From positions 190,347,741-190,411,740 of the forward strand of contig CM041465.1 in assembly GCA_023213395.1 (NCBI GenBank): a stretch of DNA of 64,000 nt. Direction: 5' to 3'. The notes below the pieces were generated by a model that was given only the letters and a program-made list of their open reading frames with translations, had not been told where the DNA came from and did not search any database. The stretch comes from Cycas panzhihuaensis. Taxonomy: Eukaryota; Plantae; Cycadophyta. Below, in pieces: positions 1-15,513 of this stretch. The position numbers were made by a program, and so were the translations under genes. Numbering within the stretch: position 1 is the first letter of the stretch; the number at the start of each line of letters is the position of its first letter.

Positions 1-746
1 CTAGCTATTAACCCTTTATACTTATATTACTACAACCTCTAACCCATGCAGATTCCATAGAATTAGAGGCAAGGGTAGGGTTATAGGAAATTACTAGGTG
101 GTAAGGTAAGGTTTGGGGCATTGATATATCTAGGGTTTTCCAAGTTCACTCATCAAGTGAGCCATATTATAAACCTAAAATACAAAGTAATGTGTACCTT
201 CTTAAAGTTCTCCACTGTCATTTCCATATAGATCGACCCACCTACAATGAAATTCTCATAATTGGGAGAAATAACAACAATGAGAGAGACAAGAAACACA
301 AACAATAAAAGGCATGGATACACGCACATATACATACCAAATTTAAGAGGTTCCATCCTAAGAGGGAGGACGACTAACTCTCAAAAGCCACTCTAATACC
401 AGATGTGAAACTGTACACACTCAATATGAGAGAAATAAAAACAAACAAGCATCAAACTTAGTAAAAATCACTTCAATATATTTTATTAATTTCAGACTGA
501 GTCTATACATATAACTATAACATTAATTTATTACATGAAATATGAATACAAAGGGTTGATCATTCAAGGTAATACATGGCACTTTACATCATCACCTTAT
601 AAGGACATTATAAAGAGTGTAGATAATTAACACCACACATATAGAGTTCACAACATTAAGTTATGATTAACCATAAACTATGATAATAAGACCCTCAACT
701 TAAAACATTAAACATCTGGCCCAAAATTAAATATTATCTTCCAACA
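1..746 (-). mobile_element. 5' end (5' LTR 404-746, PBS, start of non-coding leader) of an LTR retrotransposon that runs off the left edge; inserted into the 3' LTR of the Tekay-like gypsy
   Basis: ctctaatacca at 391-401 is the reverse complement of a degenerate tRNA-Met PBS (TGGTATtAGAG), 2 nt from a TG...CA-bounded segment 404-746. Sequence from 747 (catataaacccaagtta...) matches the intact Tekay LTR at ~29720. Confidence 0.75.
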
Positions 747-1372
747 CATATAAACCCAAGTTAGATAACTTCTTAACATTCATATATAAGATCTTATATT
801 TTGTAGCCAAGAATAATGTGTAAATTGTAAGTAACCATAACCAAGTATTTATACAAAAATCTATCATAAGCCAAGCTATAAATTTAAGTAAGAGAACAAC
901 ATTACATAAAACATATTATAATATAAGAATAAAGTATTTAAATTATAATAAAGAATGAACCTAACTAACCAGATTGAAATTGAAAGATTTTCCTATTTAA
1001 CCAATTATGATCCTATAAAGTAATATACTCTCGAGTTAGATCGCATGATATGAACATAGGAATACTAGTTTTCTAATCTTCACATAACTTTTTCCATGTT
1101 GTCTTATCAATAGATGCTTGAAGACCTTTAGATATAAAACTCAACATTATAAGAATTTCTCTTAAAGTTACTACTTTTATAAGTTAGTATACCTTTGTTA
1201 AAAGAATAATCAATCTTAAATAATAATAATAATTTCTACTCAATTCATATTTGTTCTTCCAATTAGACTAACAATGTCAAGTCGCTTAGGGATCTATACA
1301 AATCTAATCTTAATGGATTGCCTTATTATGTCATATACCTATTATAAACTTATAGAGTGCAATGGAGTTTAA

Positions 1373-4300
1373 TGAGAAAAAATAATTAAGATTTAATACT
1401 TTCTTATAAATAATATAAATCAAAGTATAACAAATAGATATTATGCATGCATTTAATGAACACAATATAAAGATCAAATTGGTTGATGCCTATAATATTA
1501 TATTGATAGAGTTTTGACTTTAATCAATGAATCATAGTAATGGGTGAGGATATAACCTTATTTATAGAGGTCTCAATGTCACTTTTTCTTACCTTTAATT
1601 GAGCCTCATATCAGTCAAATTTCATTGGTCTATTATGAGGCAAGGTGGGTGAAGACCCTCAAATAAGATTATAACATAAAGTTAGAACTTAAGATATAAA
1701 TTCATTAAAGTATATGAATATGTCATTATATTTTAACATTCTTCCTTAATGATAACTTCATTGATTTTGATGTCAAGGTCATGTCAAAACCTTTCAAACT
1801 TAGATTTTCTAAGTACTTTAATAATGATATTTATAACCTAGTCTCCAATTGCTCAATATACTAGATCAATTTCTCTATTTTACATATGTTCATAAATTAA
1901 GTGATGATGGACCTCAATATGTTTTATATGAGTATGGAAAATAGGATTCTTGGTCATCTTCAATATACTCTGATTGTTACAGTATATGAGTGTGGCTTAG
2001 GTCTATTCAATATTAAGTTCTATAAGAATCTTGTGTAGCCAGGTTACCTTAGTGGTACCATGAACAACTACTTTGTATTGTACTTTAGTGGAGTAAAGTG
2101 CAATAATAGGTTATTTCTTATAACTCTAGAAATAGTAGCTGAGTTCAGTTTTAAAATAGTAAAATGATATTAAATAGTAAGAGTCCTAGTAACTAGCCTA
2201 CTATACATTAGTAAACCCTTTTAAAACATGAGTGTTACCTTAGCTACAATCAAGCCCAAACTACAAGGTGCCACAATTATACTTGAGAGTTTTGATAGAA
2301 GCTTTCTAATGTGATATTTTAGGTTGTGACATATACCTTAAGCAAATCCCAACTACGTATGAAATATTTGGGCAAGTGTGAGTGAGATAAATTAAAGTCC
2401 CCATAAACTGTCTATAAAGAGTGGGATTAAAAGGTTTGCCTTTTTTATCCATGGTTAGCTTTATTATAGTCTCCATAGGTATGGGTGAATATTTTCAATC
2501 ACTCATTTTGAATTAGCACAAGAACTCATTTATATATTTGGATTGTGGTAAGAAAACATATCTTAGGTCTTACCACACTTTGATGCCAAGGAAGTAATGG
2601 AGTAATCCAAGGTATGTCATCTTGAAACTACTTTTCAATTCTTACTGGAGATAAGGGATCCTTTTATTTCCATTCCTAATGATTGCTAAATAATCAACAT
2701 AGAGAATGATGACGGTGATCAAATTGTTATGGATCCTAATATATAAATTAGGATCAAAGGATAAATAAATCAATCCATGCTTGAGAAAGAAGATATCAAT
2801 TTTTATATACTGAGCATGAGGTGTTTGTTTGAGTCCATATAAAAGTTTCTTGAACTTGTAAACTAAATGTTCTTTAGGAAGAACAATGTAGCTAGGTGGT
2901 TTTCTCAAGAAAACTTCTTTAGTAACTTTTTTTAGGAAAATACTTTTAGAATCCATCTGATAGGAATATCATTTGAACTAAGCTACTAATGATAAATAGA
3001 ATGTTGTCATATTAACTATAGGGGCAAAGGTCTTACCATAGTCTATACCTTCTTATTCTTTGAAGAATTTTACAATAAGTATACCTTGTGTCATTCAATG
3101 GAGCCATCAATATGATACTTAATCTTATAAAGACAATGGTAATTAATTAGCTTCTTTCTAGGATGCAATTCATTAAGCTCCCAAGTATCATTCTTCAAGA
3201 TAGAATACATCTTCTCATCCATCGTGGCCTATCGCATTTGGTCTTTGACTACCTCCCTTAATGTGGAAGGCTAAAAAACATTAAGAACTTATGCTATTAA
3301 GGCAAAGTTTGTTATATGCTTTAGCTTTGATAGACTTTTAAGTTTTGCAAGAGGTGGTAGAACATTTTTCATAACTTATAAATACCACTTAAAAAGCTTT
3401 TAGATTCTTCAATCTTTAACATAAATGTTGTCTGGAGATAGAGGCAATAATGCAAAGGTTGTTATAGAAGTTGTTAGTGATGTAAGAAGAGCAAATGAAG
3501 GACTTGGAGTATATGAAGTTTAAGGAGTAGAAGGGTGCACAATTGGTGTAAGAGGAGCTTCTAGAACATCAATGTTATCATTTATGAGATTCTATATTTA
3601 AGATTAGTCCAAGTCTTAATTATCATCAATAAAAATAACATCCTAAGATAAGTATATATATCTTCTAATATGATCATACATATTGTATGCTTTGCACTTA
3701 GGTATGTAGCTTATGAAGATATATTTCAAGCTTTTGTCATCATGTTTCTTTTTATTTTTCTTTAGAATGAACTTATAAGTAATACATCTAAATGTTTTAA
3801 GGTGTAAGACTATAGGTTCTTAACCTGACCAATCCTCCTTAGGTGTCATGTTCCTTATAACTAAAGTTTGAGCCCCTATTTATTAGATAAGTAGTAGTGT
3901 AAATAGCTTTAGCGCATAATGTATCAGTAAGCTTAGTAGCTTTGACCATTACTTTTTCTTTGTTCAATAATATTTGGTTTATGCACTTAGCAACACCATT
4001 TTATTGAAGAGTTTCTATAGCTTATAATTAACACTTAATACCATATTCCCTACAAAAGTTAAGGAACTAATTTAAAGTATTCTCACCTCCATTATCTAAT
4101 CTTAAGATCCTGATTATCACATGGGATTCATTTTCTACTTCAGTTTTAAAATCCCTACATATTTCAAAGGCCTCAAACTTGTTCTTCAAAAAGTAGAATC
4201 AAACTTTTTTAGAATAGTCATCAATAAAAGTAAGAAAGTATAAACTTCCATTAAGGGAATATATTGACATAGGTCCATAGATATTTGAGTGCACTAATCC

Positions 4301-7300
4301 TAATGGTTTAGTTACACACTAAGCTCTCTTGGATGGAAAAAGTTCCCTATATTATTTGCCAATAATGTAAGCTTTGTAGTTATATTTATTTTGTTTAATC
4401 TTTGGTAGCCTATGTAACATTTGAAGTTTGAATATGAGGCTAAGGCTCTATGTATTTAGATGGCCAAGGCATTGATATTATGGTTGGTCCTTGGTACACT
4501 TTTGAATAGGTTGTTCTTTACTATAAGAACATTCACCCTATAATTCAGCAAGTGGGTCTTTTGTAGCTAAATGCTTGCCTTTATCAAGTTGATTTAATGG
4601 AACTGAGATATATAAGTCTTCATGTTATGTAGTAGAAAGGGAAACACTATAAAGTCTATAGAGTCCATTATCTTCATATCCCATTACTATTACTTGACTA
4701 GATAAGTGGTCTAAAATAGTGCATATTTCCTAGTTAAAGAGTACATCAAAGTTTTGCTTGTCAATCTAACTCACAGAGAGTATGTTTTATTTCATGTTAA
4801 GAACATAGAGGACATTGCTTATATTATGCCAAATATCTAAATTCTTTAGGGCTATGGGAACTTCTCCAATTTTGGCCACATCATATATTATATCATCACC
4901 AAATATAATAGTTTATTCTTGAATAAGTATGGTGTCCTTTAGGAGTTATTAAGTGACAATAATATGATATATGTCATTGGAGTCTCTCAACCAAAAATTA
5001 GCTTCATGATGAGAAGAGAGTATGGTAAAGAATAGGTTCTAAGAATTGATCTAGGAATTAGCCACATAGTCTTCTTATTACCTAGATTTTTATTCCTTGG
5101 TTGGTTTATTTAGTGCTGTTGTCTATTTCCTCAACCACCACCTCTATTTTATTGTGGATATGACCCTCCTTATTGCCCAATTAGATTGTGTCCATGTTAT
5201 AGATTAGATTGTCATTTTTTTATAATCTAAGATTACATGCCTAAGTTTACCACAATATAAGCAGGTGATATTTTATCTTCTTTATTGGTTTCTTATTTGT
5301 TATAACTATTGTAATGGTCGGTTCAAGTTCATGGAACCAAACTATTAGGCAAGAGGTTATTATTGAGGTTGATTTCTTCCACGATTCCTACTTGTAAATG
5401 TAGGAGCATTGTTAGAAGATGATGCAACTCATTGATAGTTTAGGACATCTTATTCCTTTATAAGTAGTCCTTCTAAGGTATTAAAATCCATTGTTGTAAA
5501 GTCATTAGATAGATGAGAGATGAAGCTATTATATTTGATAGGAAGGATGTTAACAATGCTGGCAATAAGGTCATGATTAGATGAAGAAGCTCTAAGAGTA
5601 TTAAATTGGTTCCTAATGGATATTACTTATATCATATGTAACAAATAGAACTGGCAAAGGGTATGGCATTTAAACATGATTTTAGAATGATGGATCTTGA
5701 GTTATCCTTCTACTTATAAAGGGTACATATAGTGCTCTATTCTTCATAACAGGAGTTGGCCATTTTAATATTTTAGTCAATATTATCCTCCATGACTAGG
5801 TGAAGGATAGAGCTATATTATCTTTAGCTTAAAGGTAATAAGGTCAACAGGGTCTGGAGAAATCAAATTATTAGGGTTGTTTAGATCATGTGTGGGAACA
5901 TTTTTGGGTATGTCTTCAAATACATAAGCCTAAGAGACATTCATAATTAATGGTGTTTAACTTGTTTCTTCCAAGCCAAAAAATTATTTCTCCTTAATAG
6001 TTTGATTATATTTAAAATCACCATTTAGGCTAATATTATTTGAATTATCTACTTAGTTGACTACTATACTAGAATTCAAATGTTTTAATCTCTCTAGGAA
6101 GCCCTTGGTTAATATTTTGTCTAGTAGTATCTACTCATAAATGGTTGTTTAGGGACTCCATATACATTAGTATATGAATAAGTTAAGCTCTATATACCTC
6201 AATACATGAGCATAGAAGTTTACTTGCCCCACTGATACTATTTATCCAGCTATACCAAATGTATGTCAAGTGATAAATCTAATGAAGGACCACAACCAAG
6301 GCACTCATCCCCTCTAAGTCTAGTTTAGTCTCCAGACTCTAAGGAAAGGTCTAACACCTCAATTTATCACTTAATACATCTTATAGTAAGTTTTCCCATA
6401 GCCTACTTGTTTATATAAATACAACTCACATATAAAAGAAAAATAATTTTAGGGTTCCTAACCATTCCCCTTAAAGGATTGGTAGTCTAGTAATTCAATT
6501 AGAAAATTATCTTATTTAATGTTTAAGTTTAACTTATTCTTTTTTTTAATTTGGTATTGTTTAAAAATAAAAATATTAATTATTAATGATTGAAAAATAG
6601 GAGACATAAACCAACAAAGGAAGTAAAATAAAATAAGAGTAAGGGTTTGGAGTGCTTAATTAGGAAGGGACCACTATTAATAGGTGAAGAGTAACCTTCC
6701 TCATATAAGAGGAGCACCTACAACCACAAAGCACCACATAAATAAGCTTAGAAATCAGGTGAAAAAGTTCTTCTCAAATAATGAAGAAGTACTAGCAACT
6801 AAAAATTCCTTTTTTTTTAATGTAGTAAAGCTCTCAATTAATAAAGAATACTTTCAAATATATAAAATAAGATTAGGTAAAAGTAGAGGATTTAAATATC
6901 CTGAAAAATATACCCAAAATCAACCAAGAGTGGGTCCATACTAGAAAGCTCAAAGTTAGGATTTTGATGCTTTAGATGGTTTAGAAAATAAACTCTTGGT
7001 TGGAAAGATATTGTAGAAACACTATGAAGACCTCCTTATATTTAAAAAAATGAGTTAGTGTTGGCTTTTAGCCTCCTTAGTTATTTATCCCTTGGTCATC
7101 AGTTGAGTGCATATGATGTATTGCTAGTAGCAAGGGGGATTTATAGACCTTAAACTAAAAACTAATTTATTTAAATTAATAAAAAGACTATAAAAAGAAA
7201 AATTCCAAAGGTCAAAAAAATAGAAGGTGTATGGTCAATAATGAAAACCCTATGGATAAACCAGGGCAATGGAAATTGATGAAAATCTTATTAAATTAAT

Positions 7301-8283
7301 TGATGGTGTGATTGAACACTCAACAGAGGGCTTTGGATAGCTCCATAACTTTTATGTGGATATCATTAAAGATCAAGGGAGAATCTAGAGGGCTTGAGCA
7401 AGCAAGACGTGGAGATGGATTCACACAAATAATGCAACCATATAACAATGATGAGGATGCTTCAACTAATCGATTGAGTAGATTCAATCTACAATAGGTC
7501 CATAATAATAGGATGATCCATGATAAGTAGGAAAATATGGAGCAATGATAGGATCATGATGGACTCATTCGCAACAATCATGCCTATAAAATGAGTAATG
7601 ATGACATCATAATCACAAGCCATGGATCAAGCAAGTAGCTTAGATAGTAGAGGATACAGGGGTTCCAAATGACTACTTTATGGTAATCAAATAAGCATCA
7701 ATGGTGGTGTATGATAGTAGTGATTGATTGAATTCATGAATAGAAAGAGTGTATATTTGGAATAGACCCAAATGGGTTTGATCATTTTTCAAATGGGATT
7801 CAAATAAGATCATAAATAAAGAGTAATAGGATTTTATTTTTTCTCATAATGGAGCTCCTTCATTAAGTGAAAAACCTAAAATAGGAGAGAGAATACAAGA
7901 GAACCAACTATGATACCAAATAAGAAAATAATCAGGATTTAATACTCTCTTATAAACAATGTAAATCAAACTATAATAAATAGATATTATACACATATTC
8001 AATGAACATAATATAAGGATCAAATTGGTTGATGCCTATAATATTATATTGATAGAGTTTTAACTCTAATTAATGAATCATAACAATGGATAAGGAAACA
8101 ACCTTATTTATAGAGGTCTTGATATCACTCCTACTTACTTTTAATTGGGTCTCATATTGGTCAGATTTCATTGGTTCATTATGAGTCAAGATAGGTGAAG
8201 ACCCTTAACTAGGATTATAACATAAAGTTATAACTTAAGTTACAAATATATTAAAATACATGAAGATGTTATTATATTTTACT
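1373..8283 (-). mobile_element. Ty1/copia LTR retrotransposon (copia-1), full-length but heavily decayed
   Basis: LTR pair ~1373-1738 and ~7921-8283 shares gatcaaattggttgatgcctataatattatattgatagag. PBS ctatgatacca at 7908-7918. Host Tekay LTR resumes at ~8284. Confidence 0.85.
1760..6030 (-). pseudogene. Degenerate copia gag-pol (gag, zinc knuckle, protease, integrase, RT, RNase H)
   Basis: ORF 2642-2956 KKLLYGLKQTP...ILYVDYL is copia RT. HIKHIEVHHH (~1900-1930) is RNase H. YFLTFIDDYSK (~4210-4240) is integrase. Confidence 0.85.
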
Positions 8284-10607
8284 AGTAACCACTCAACACC
8301 CTTATCTTTAAACAACCTATAGGTGGAATAACTAAGTCAATATCATATTTATAAAGAGCTTAGGGAGAGTAACCAATTTAGAATCCCTGTTTAACTAAAT
8401 ATCAAGGACAAACAACCACTAAACTACCTTTTAAAATACTAACCAACAATAATATATAGGAGATTAACTAACTCAACACCCTACCTCATAAGGAGATATT
8501 ACACCTAATAATAGTAGTCCAAGGAGATAAGTATTGCAACTTATGCACAAGGCTCTAGAATACGACAAGCCTACCCTCTTACAAGAGTAAACTAGCTCAA
8601 TAATAGTGCACAACCTAATATACAAGCTAAAGAAATATTATTCATTGAGAAGCGATCTATTCTTTGTTAAATTTATTCCATAAAAATCACAAAAATGCTC
8701 TCTAAAGTACCTATGTTTCACTTAGATTAAACTTTGTAACTCGTCTCTACTTGCCTAATAATTTTCTTTACCTACTATATAATTTTCTCCTTCTTTGCAT
8801 ATATGTCTTCTACCCTTATGGGTTCTCCTTTTTCCTATGTTTACCTCTCTACCCAACTTCCATTAATATTAGGTAGAATTTGTGAGACTTAGTGCCTAGA
8901 ATATTACTCTTAGTAGCTACCAAAATGGCTTCGAGTCATTGCTATTTAAATAACTATCAGTTGCCCATTACTACCATTTTAAAAAATACCTCCTTATAGG
9001 GAATTTTTGGGTTGTCCCTAACTATTTAGGTGTATATAAGTATCTAATACAATTCTAATGAGATTAATTTGATGAAATTATATTAACTAATGAACAAGTT
9101 ATAACTAGAATTATGAAAGTTTGCTAATTACTCTTTATAATGCCACAACATTCTTTTCACATTTTGAGCCAATGGGCACATCTTAAGTATAAATAATTAA
9201 ATTTATTAACATGGAGATGAACATCTTTGAATATGGATTTTAACATGACTAGAATCACCCAATTCTAACTTTGGATAAGTGACATATCACCAAAATAACA
9301 GAAGGTCATCTAAGAATGATTTTTTTACTTAATTGAGTAAGTTTAATTACAAAACCTAAAACTATCACCTTAAATATTTGTTAGGCATAAAATATTTTTC
9401 CATAAATAGATAGCCCTTTTGGATAGATTCAAATAAATAGGTAAAGAACAAAAAATGGCTTAGTATTGAGAGGGTTATGGTATTTGTTTTGAAGTATAGG
9501 GTTTGATGTTTTATTCCTATATCTTTTCTTTTCTACAAGTTTTTCTTTTATAAACTCTATCCCACATAAACTCCTCTTTGTAGGACTTCTCCTCATAAAC
9601 TTCTCCTACAAACCTTCTCTCTATAAAGACTCATCCTCATAAAATTCTTCCCTATAACTTCTTTTATAAAACTTCTTCTCATAAAACTTTATTTTTTAGT
9701 GTGCAATAATTATGGGGTTTTATAAAAATTAGGTTGAGAAGCTTAATTTCAAATGGCTATAACTTTCTTTTACAATGTCCAATTTAGGAGTTCCACCATT
9801 CATTGGAAATATCTTAATATGATATTTATTCTAGAATAGTTATGTAGGGCCAAAAAATAATATATAATAATATTTTACCTATTTAAACTTACTAACTTAT
9901 TGAGTTGTTCTATTTTTGTAGATACTAAAGTTTAAACCCTATAACTTTGAATTACCATAACTTTCTCATATGATATTTGTTTTGAAAATTCTACCACTCA
10001 TTATAAAGTACTTCATATCTGTTTTAATATAGAGTAATATATAGAATCTATTTATAAATTATAGAATAAAAAATTACCATAGAATAGGGCCTTTAAGTTT
10101 CAATTTACCCTATGGTAAATTGCATATCAATTATTCGTACACCTTCAAACTTATATATCTTTTCTAGTATATGTTTATTTTTAGTGCTCTATTAATCATT
10201 AAAAGTCTTGAAACCTTTCTTATTTATTAGTAGAGACCTTCTTTGTAAATTATTTCTATCAATTAAATTTAATATCTCAAAGATGTTTGAAGATCTAAGT
10301 ACATATTTACTATCCTTACAACTACTCCTACCTCTTTATTCTTTAAAATTAATCTAGTTGGATTTTATATTGATGTAAGCTATAAAAAAAAACATATTAT
10401 ATCAAAATAAAATGTTAGTACAAAATATAAATACTCTTCAATTATGATTAATATATATAAGCCACCTACCTAAAAATCACAAAATGGTGTATCTTAATAC
10501 TTGGTGGAGTATGAAATAAACTTCTACATTATAAGGATAAACAAATAAATATAGTGGTCCACCCTTACAACTAATAGAGGATAGAATGACTTCCAGATTA
10601 CATAAGA

Positions 10608-13600
10608 TGTGAAGAGAAAATGTAACTGTGGAAGTAATGTACTAATAGAATCTAAACCATATAAAGAACAGATACCATAAATAAACCAAGCATATAACAA
10701 AGAACAATAGGTGATTCTGGTTTAAGTATAGACCTTTTATTAATCTGAGTAATAGCTAAAGAATTATAGAGATGAAAATCCTAAATTTCCTCATTGACTC
10801 ATCAAAGACTCATCTAACCTTTTACATGTACCATTACATAAGAATATATAGACATAACTTTATAAGATACTACTTTATGGTTTTACAATATAATGGGCAT
10901 AAACCGTGGGCTAAAAAATACCTTGAACCCCGTAAAGAGACTTTAGCATAATGCCTATACTCATGTAATATTGTCAAAGTGTTCAACATATCTAATAATC
11001 AACCACTTATTAAACACTTTATAAGAGATCTATATATACAACTATTAAATGCTAAAATTATAAACACCTATTACCTTTCTACACTCTCTGAATTTTTCTA
11101 TGCTATTAATCTTAGTTAATGTGTTTTTAATATTTTCTTGTACAGTAATCTTTTATAAGTCCACCTTGTAATCTTGAACTATTTTTATAAAAAAATAGAA
11201 TTTCACATCAATATGCTTCAACCAAGCATGAAATATATATTTTTCGCTAGGTAGATTACATTTTGACTATCACAATTTATCCTCACAACATCCTACTTGA
11301 AACTAACATATGTGCATAATCTTTGTAACTAAACCACTTCCCTACATGTATGAGTAAGTACTATATACTCAACTTCTATGCTAAAAAGTGCCATAACTTG
11401 TTATCTTTTGACCATATAGATGATTCTAACACCACAAAAGATTAAAACATACCCACTTATAAATCTTTTACTATCAAGATCTCTAGCCTAATTAACATCA
11501 ATAAATCCTTCTAGGTTTATTATTATACTCTTGATGGGATCTCCTTGATAGCAAATTTTATAGTTTAATGTAGCTTATGAATACCTAAAAATCCTTTTCA
11601 TAGCCACCCAATACTCCTTGCCTGGGTTTGACATATACCTACTAATTACTCTTATTACACAGGCAATATTTATTTGAGTACAAACCATCATATATAACGA
11701 ACTACAAACTGCACTAGTATAAGGGATAAATATTATGTCTTCAACTTCTTAGTGAGTCTTTGGTATTATTTAGCTAATTATTTTGAGTCAATAAGAAGAG
11801 GAATATTAATTATTTTATTATCCTACAACCTAAACTGTTATAGTATCATCTCAATGCACTGCTTTTAGCCAAGCCAAATCTTTCTATTTTACTTATCCCT
11901 TTTAATCTGAATACCCAAAATAAAATGTGTAGTATTTATGTCCTTTATCTCAAAAGAAGATGCTAGTTGGAATTTCATAAGTCAATTCAATTCATTATTT
12001 TTGCTAACTAAAAGTATATCATTAATATATAAAGCTAGAATAAGAATGTGATTACTAACCTATTTATAATAGATATGATAATCTACTTTGTTGTGCATAA
12101 AGCTATCTACCAATATATATGAATCAAACTTTTAATACCACATCTTCGGTGATTATTTCAAACCATATAATGACTTCTTCAACCTATACACCATATTCTC
12201 CTTCCCTGTACCTTTAAAACCTTTAAGATGTAATGTATAAATTTCTTTCTTGATATCACCATGAAGAAACACCATCTTCACATCCATCTGATCCATCTCA
12301 AGCTTGTAGGTAGCTACTATAGCCAATAAAAATATAATCAAAGCTACCTTTATAATAGGAGAAAACATCTCAATAAAATCTATTCCCTTGACTTAGGAAT
12401 AGCCTTTTGCTACTAATTGGGAATTATACTTTTCTACAATATCATTTGCCCAAAACTTCTTCTTAAAGATCCATTTATTATCAATAATTTTCTTACCATT
12501 AAATAGATCTGTCAAATCCCATGTGTTATTTTTATCCAAGGTCATTATTTTTTTTGATGGCCTTCATCTAGAGTTAACTCTCTTTTAACTCTAGAGCTTT
12601 ATGAATAATACTTAAATCATTATTTATTATAGGTAAAATAAAAGAGGAGTGACAAAAGTCTTCAAGAATATACCTATTAGGATATCTTCTCTCATGAGTT
12701 GATCTCCTCAATATGTGAAGTTTTTAATGTTGAGATACCCCTATAACTTGTCCTTCCTTTCTAGTTGACTCATATTCTGATGTAGAATCTGTATCCCTTA
12801 CCTAAAATTATGCCTTCATAGAGCCTTCCCCCTATTGTTCTTCATCCTACTTTAGAGACTTCAACTCCTCTCTAAAGACAACATCATAACTATATGTAAC
12901 TTTTTCTATTTCATGATTAAAGCTTATACCCTTTAACACCATTACCATAGCCAATGAAAATAGTCATTTGTGCTTTAAAATCAAGCTTAGTCCTATGCAG
13001 GCTAGGAATATACATAAAAACTTCACAACTAAAAACTCTAAGATAACTAAGAGACGGTTTTATATTAGACTGCACTTCTTCAAGTGTTTTATATACTAAG
13101 GTAATCATCAGTGATCTATTTATTAGATAGCTTACAGTCATCGTAACCTTAGTCTAAAATTTCTTATCTAAACTAATAACACTAAGCATACTCCTCAATC
13201 TCTCTAATAAGGTCCTATTCATCCTTTTAGTAACTTAGTTCTACTATAGTGTATAGGGAGTTATCTTTTGCCTTAATATCCTGCACTGCTTATAGAACTA
13301 CTCAAACTCCTTTATATAAAACTCACCTCTGTTATTAGTCCTTAGCATCTTGATCTACTTATCACTCTGATTCTTGACCAAGGCCTTGAATCCTTTGAAT
13401 TTACTAAACACCTCTGATTTTTTCCTAAGAAATTATAACCATATATTTCTCGAGAAAGTATCTATGAATGAGATAAAATATTTAGACCCACCTAATGAGT
13501 GTATATCAACAGGCCCAAAAACATTATTATACACCAATTGTATAATACCCTTTGATCTCTTTGAGCTTGAAGGAAATTTGACCTAATTCTGTTTGTCATA

Positions 13601-15513
13601 TATACAATACTTACAAAAATTAAAATTAAAGAAGCTATTAATTCTAGAGATGTCTTCTTCCATATCTTTGGAGAACAAATCATAGAGGCCTTTCTCTCTA
13701 ATATGGCCTAATCTTTGATGCCACAATATAGTTTTACTAGCAAGTGATACATAGGTCTCACCTACATTATTGCTACTTTCTGTAATAGTTAAACTCTAAC
13801 TGCTGGCACACATCATGATCATATCAAGCTTGTATAACATTCTAAATCAGACCCCTGTTACTAATATTAATGCCCCTTGAACCATTATATAACTATCTTT
13901 ATTAAAAATCACTTATATTTCTACATCACCCAAATGACTAAAAGATAATAGACTCATAGCTAAACCAAGAATATGATTGACATTAGGGATAGTTTTAATC
14001 TTTCCATCCTCAAATTAAATCTTCATCCTTCCATGACCTATAATTGTATATAGGTAATGATCCCTAAGAGATACTTCACCTCTAGTAATACTTTTGTATT
14101 CATAAAACCACTCCCTATATAAAGTAACATGAGACGAAGCATCGGTATTAATTAACCAAAGCTAAACATTTGACAACTTACCTGGGGTTACCAAATAAAC
14201 ATCACCATCAACTTCATTAAATGATTTTTCTATCATGGAAGAAGTAGTTTTAGGTGAGTTTCCCTTATCAACCTTAGCTCTTCATATGTCTAACCTTCCT
14301 ATATCTCTAACATATCAAGGTGCCTCTACTGAGAGATTCAGATTTCCCTCTAGATTTTGGTCATTTATTCTTAGGCCTTTATTGGTCATGGTATAATGTT
14401 TAACCTTTCACTATTAATGCTTCTTTTAAATGATCCTCAAAAGATTTTTACCTTGTCTCTTCTAACAATAAGGTAGTAATAACATTATTAAATTTTATAG
14501 TATAGAAGTAATGCTAATAATTATTATCGCAAGATTATCTAAGGAATTAAGCAGCGAATATAATAGAGTAATACACTTACCTTCCTTAAGCATCATTATC
14601 CTAATTGAAATAAGTTAGCCCACCATGATGTAAAATGTAATGAGATAATCTGCAACTACATCTCCATTAGTCATCCTACGTGAATATAGGTTTTTTTCAA
14701 AAAAATAGTTTATTAACGAAGGACTTAGTCTAATATATAACCCCTAACTTTTTCTAAAGATCTTTAGTCATAAACTTTGTAGCAACATTTAATAATATCA
14801 TGTTTGAAAGGTATAACCTTATCAAACTAACTATTTTTTTATCAAACTTATTCTAATATTTATTAGCCATATTTGTAGGCTTTATATCTGCTACACTGAT
14901 CTACTAATCCTTCTCGATGAGGATATCTTCCATATTTAACTTCCACAACTCAAAGTTCTGGCTATTAAACTTTTTAATCTCCATCTTTGTAGAAAGTATC
15001 ATGATCTTTACACTCAAGTTTACCAAACAAGGCTCCCACTCACTAAATGACTTTTAATAAAACTAAAACTCTTAGCTCTGATATAAAAAGAAGATAAAAT
15101 ATAACTATAGAAGTAATGTACTAATAGAACTCTAAATCATAATAGAACAGATAATATGAATAACCCAAGCACATAAAAAATAACACTAGGAGATTCTAGT
15201 CTAAGCATAGACCTTCTATTAATCTAAGCAACAACTAAAGAATTATTGAGAAAAAAACCCCAACTCTTTTCATTAACTCATTAAAAACTCATCCAACCTT
15301 TTACATGTATCACTATATAAGAATACATAGATACAACTTTACAAGACACCGCTTTATAGTTTTATAATACAATGGGCATAAATCATGGGCTAAAAAATAC
15401 TCCCATAAAACACTTAAAAAATAAAAATTTAGAGCTCCTACTAATGAATCCTAAGGCTTGGGTGTAACACCTATACCCATGTAATACTTACAAAATGTAT
15501 AACATATCCAACA
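10608..15513 (-). mobile_element. Ty1/copia LTR retrotransposon (copia-2, Tork/Tnt1-like)
   Basis: LTR pair ~10608-10996 and ~15088-15513 shares gaagtaatgtactaatagaa and ends acatatc(c/t)aa(c/t)a. Degenerate PBS gctctgata at ~15075. Host LTR resumes at 15514. Confidence 0.85.
11090..15000 (-). pseudogene. Degenerate copia gag-pol
   Basis: Gag start MEIKKFNSQNFELWKLNMEDIL (~14920-14985). ORF 12917-13141 ending FIGYGNGVKGYKL is the integrase C-terminus with GKGY motif. ORF 12153-12368 QMDVKMVFLHGD...LKKSLYGLK is RT. Confidence 0.85.

Noticed and set aside
153-356. Short hydrophobic ORFs (153-356, 15471-15653, 31433-31735) as membrane peptides or env-like genes
   Set aside because: They arise from T-rich, low-complexity LTR or leader sequence and show no conserved motifs; the 31433 ORF lies in an LTR minisatellite.
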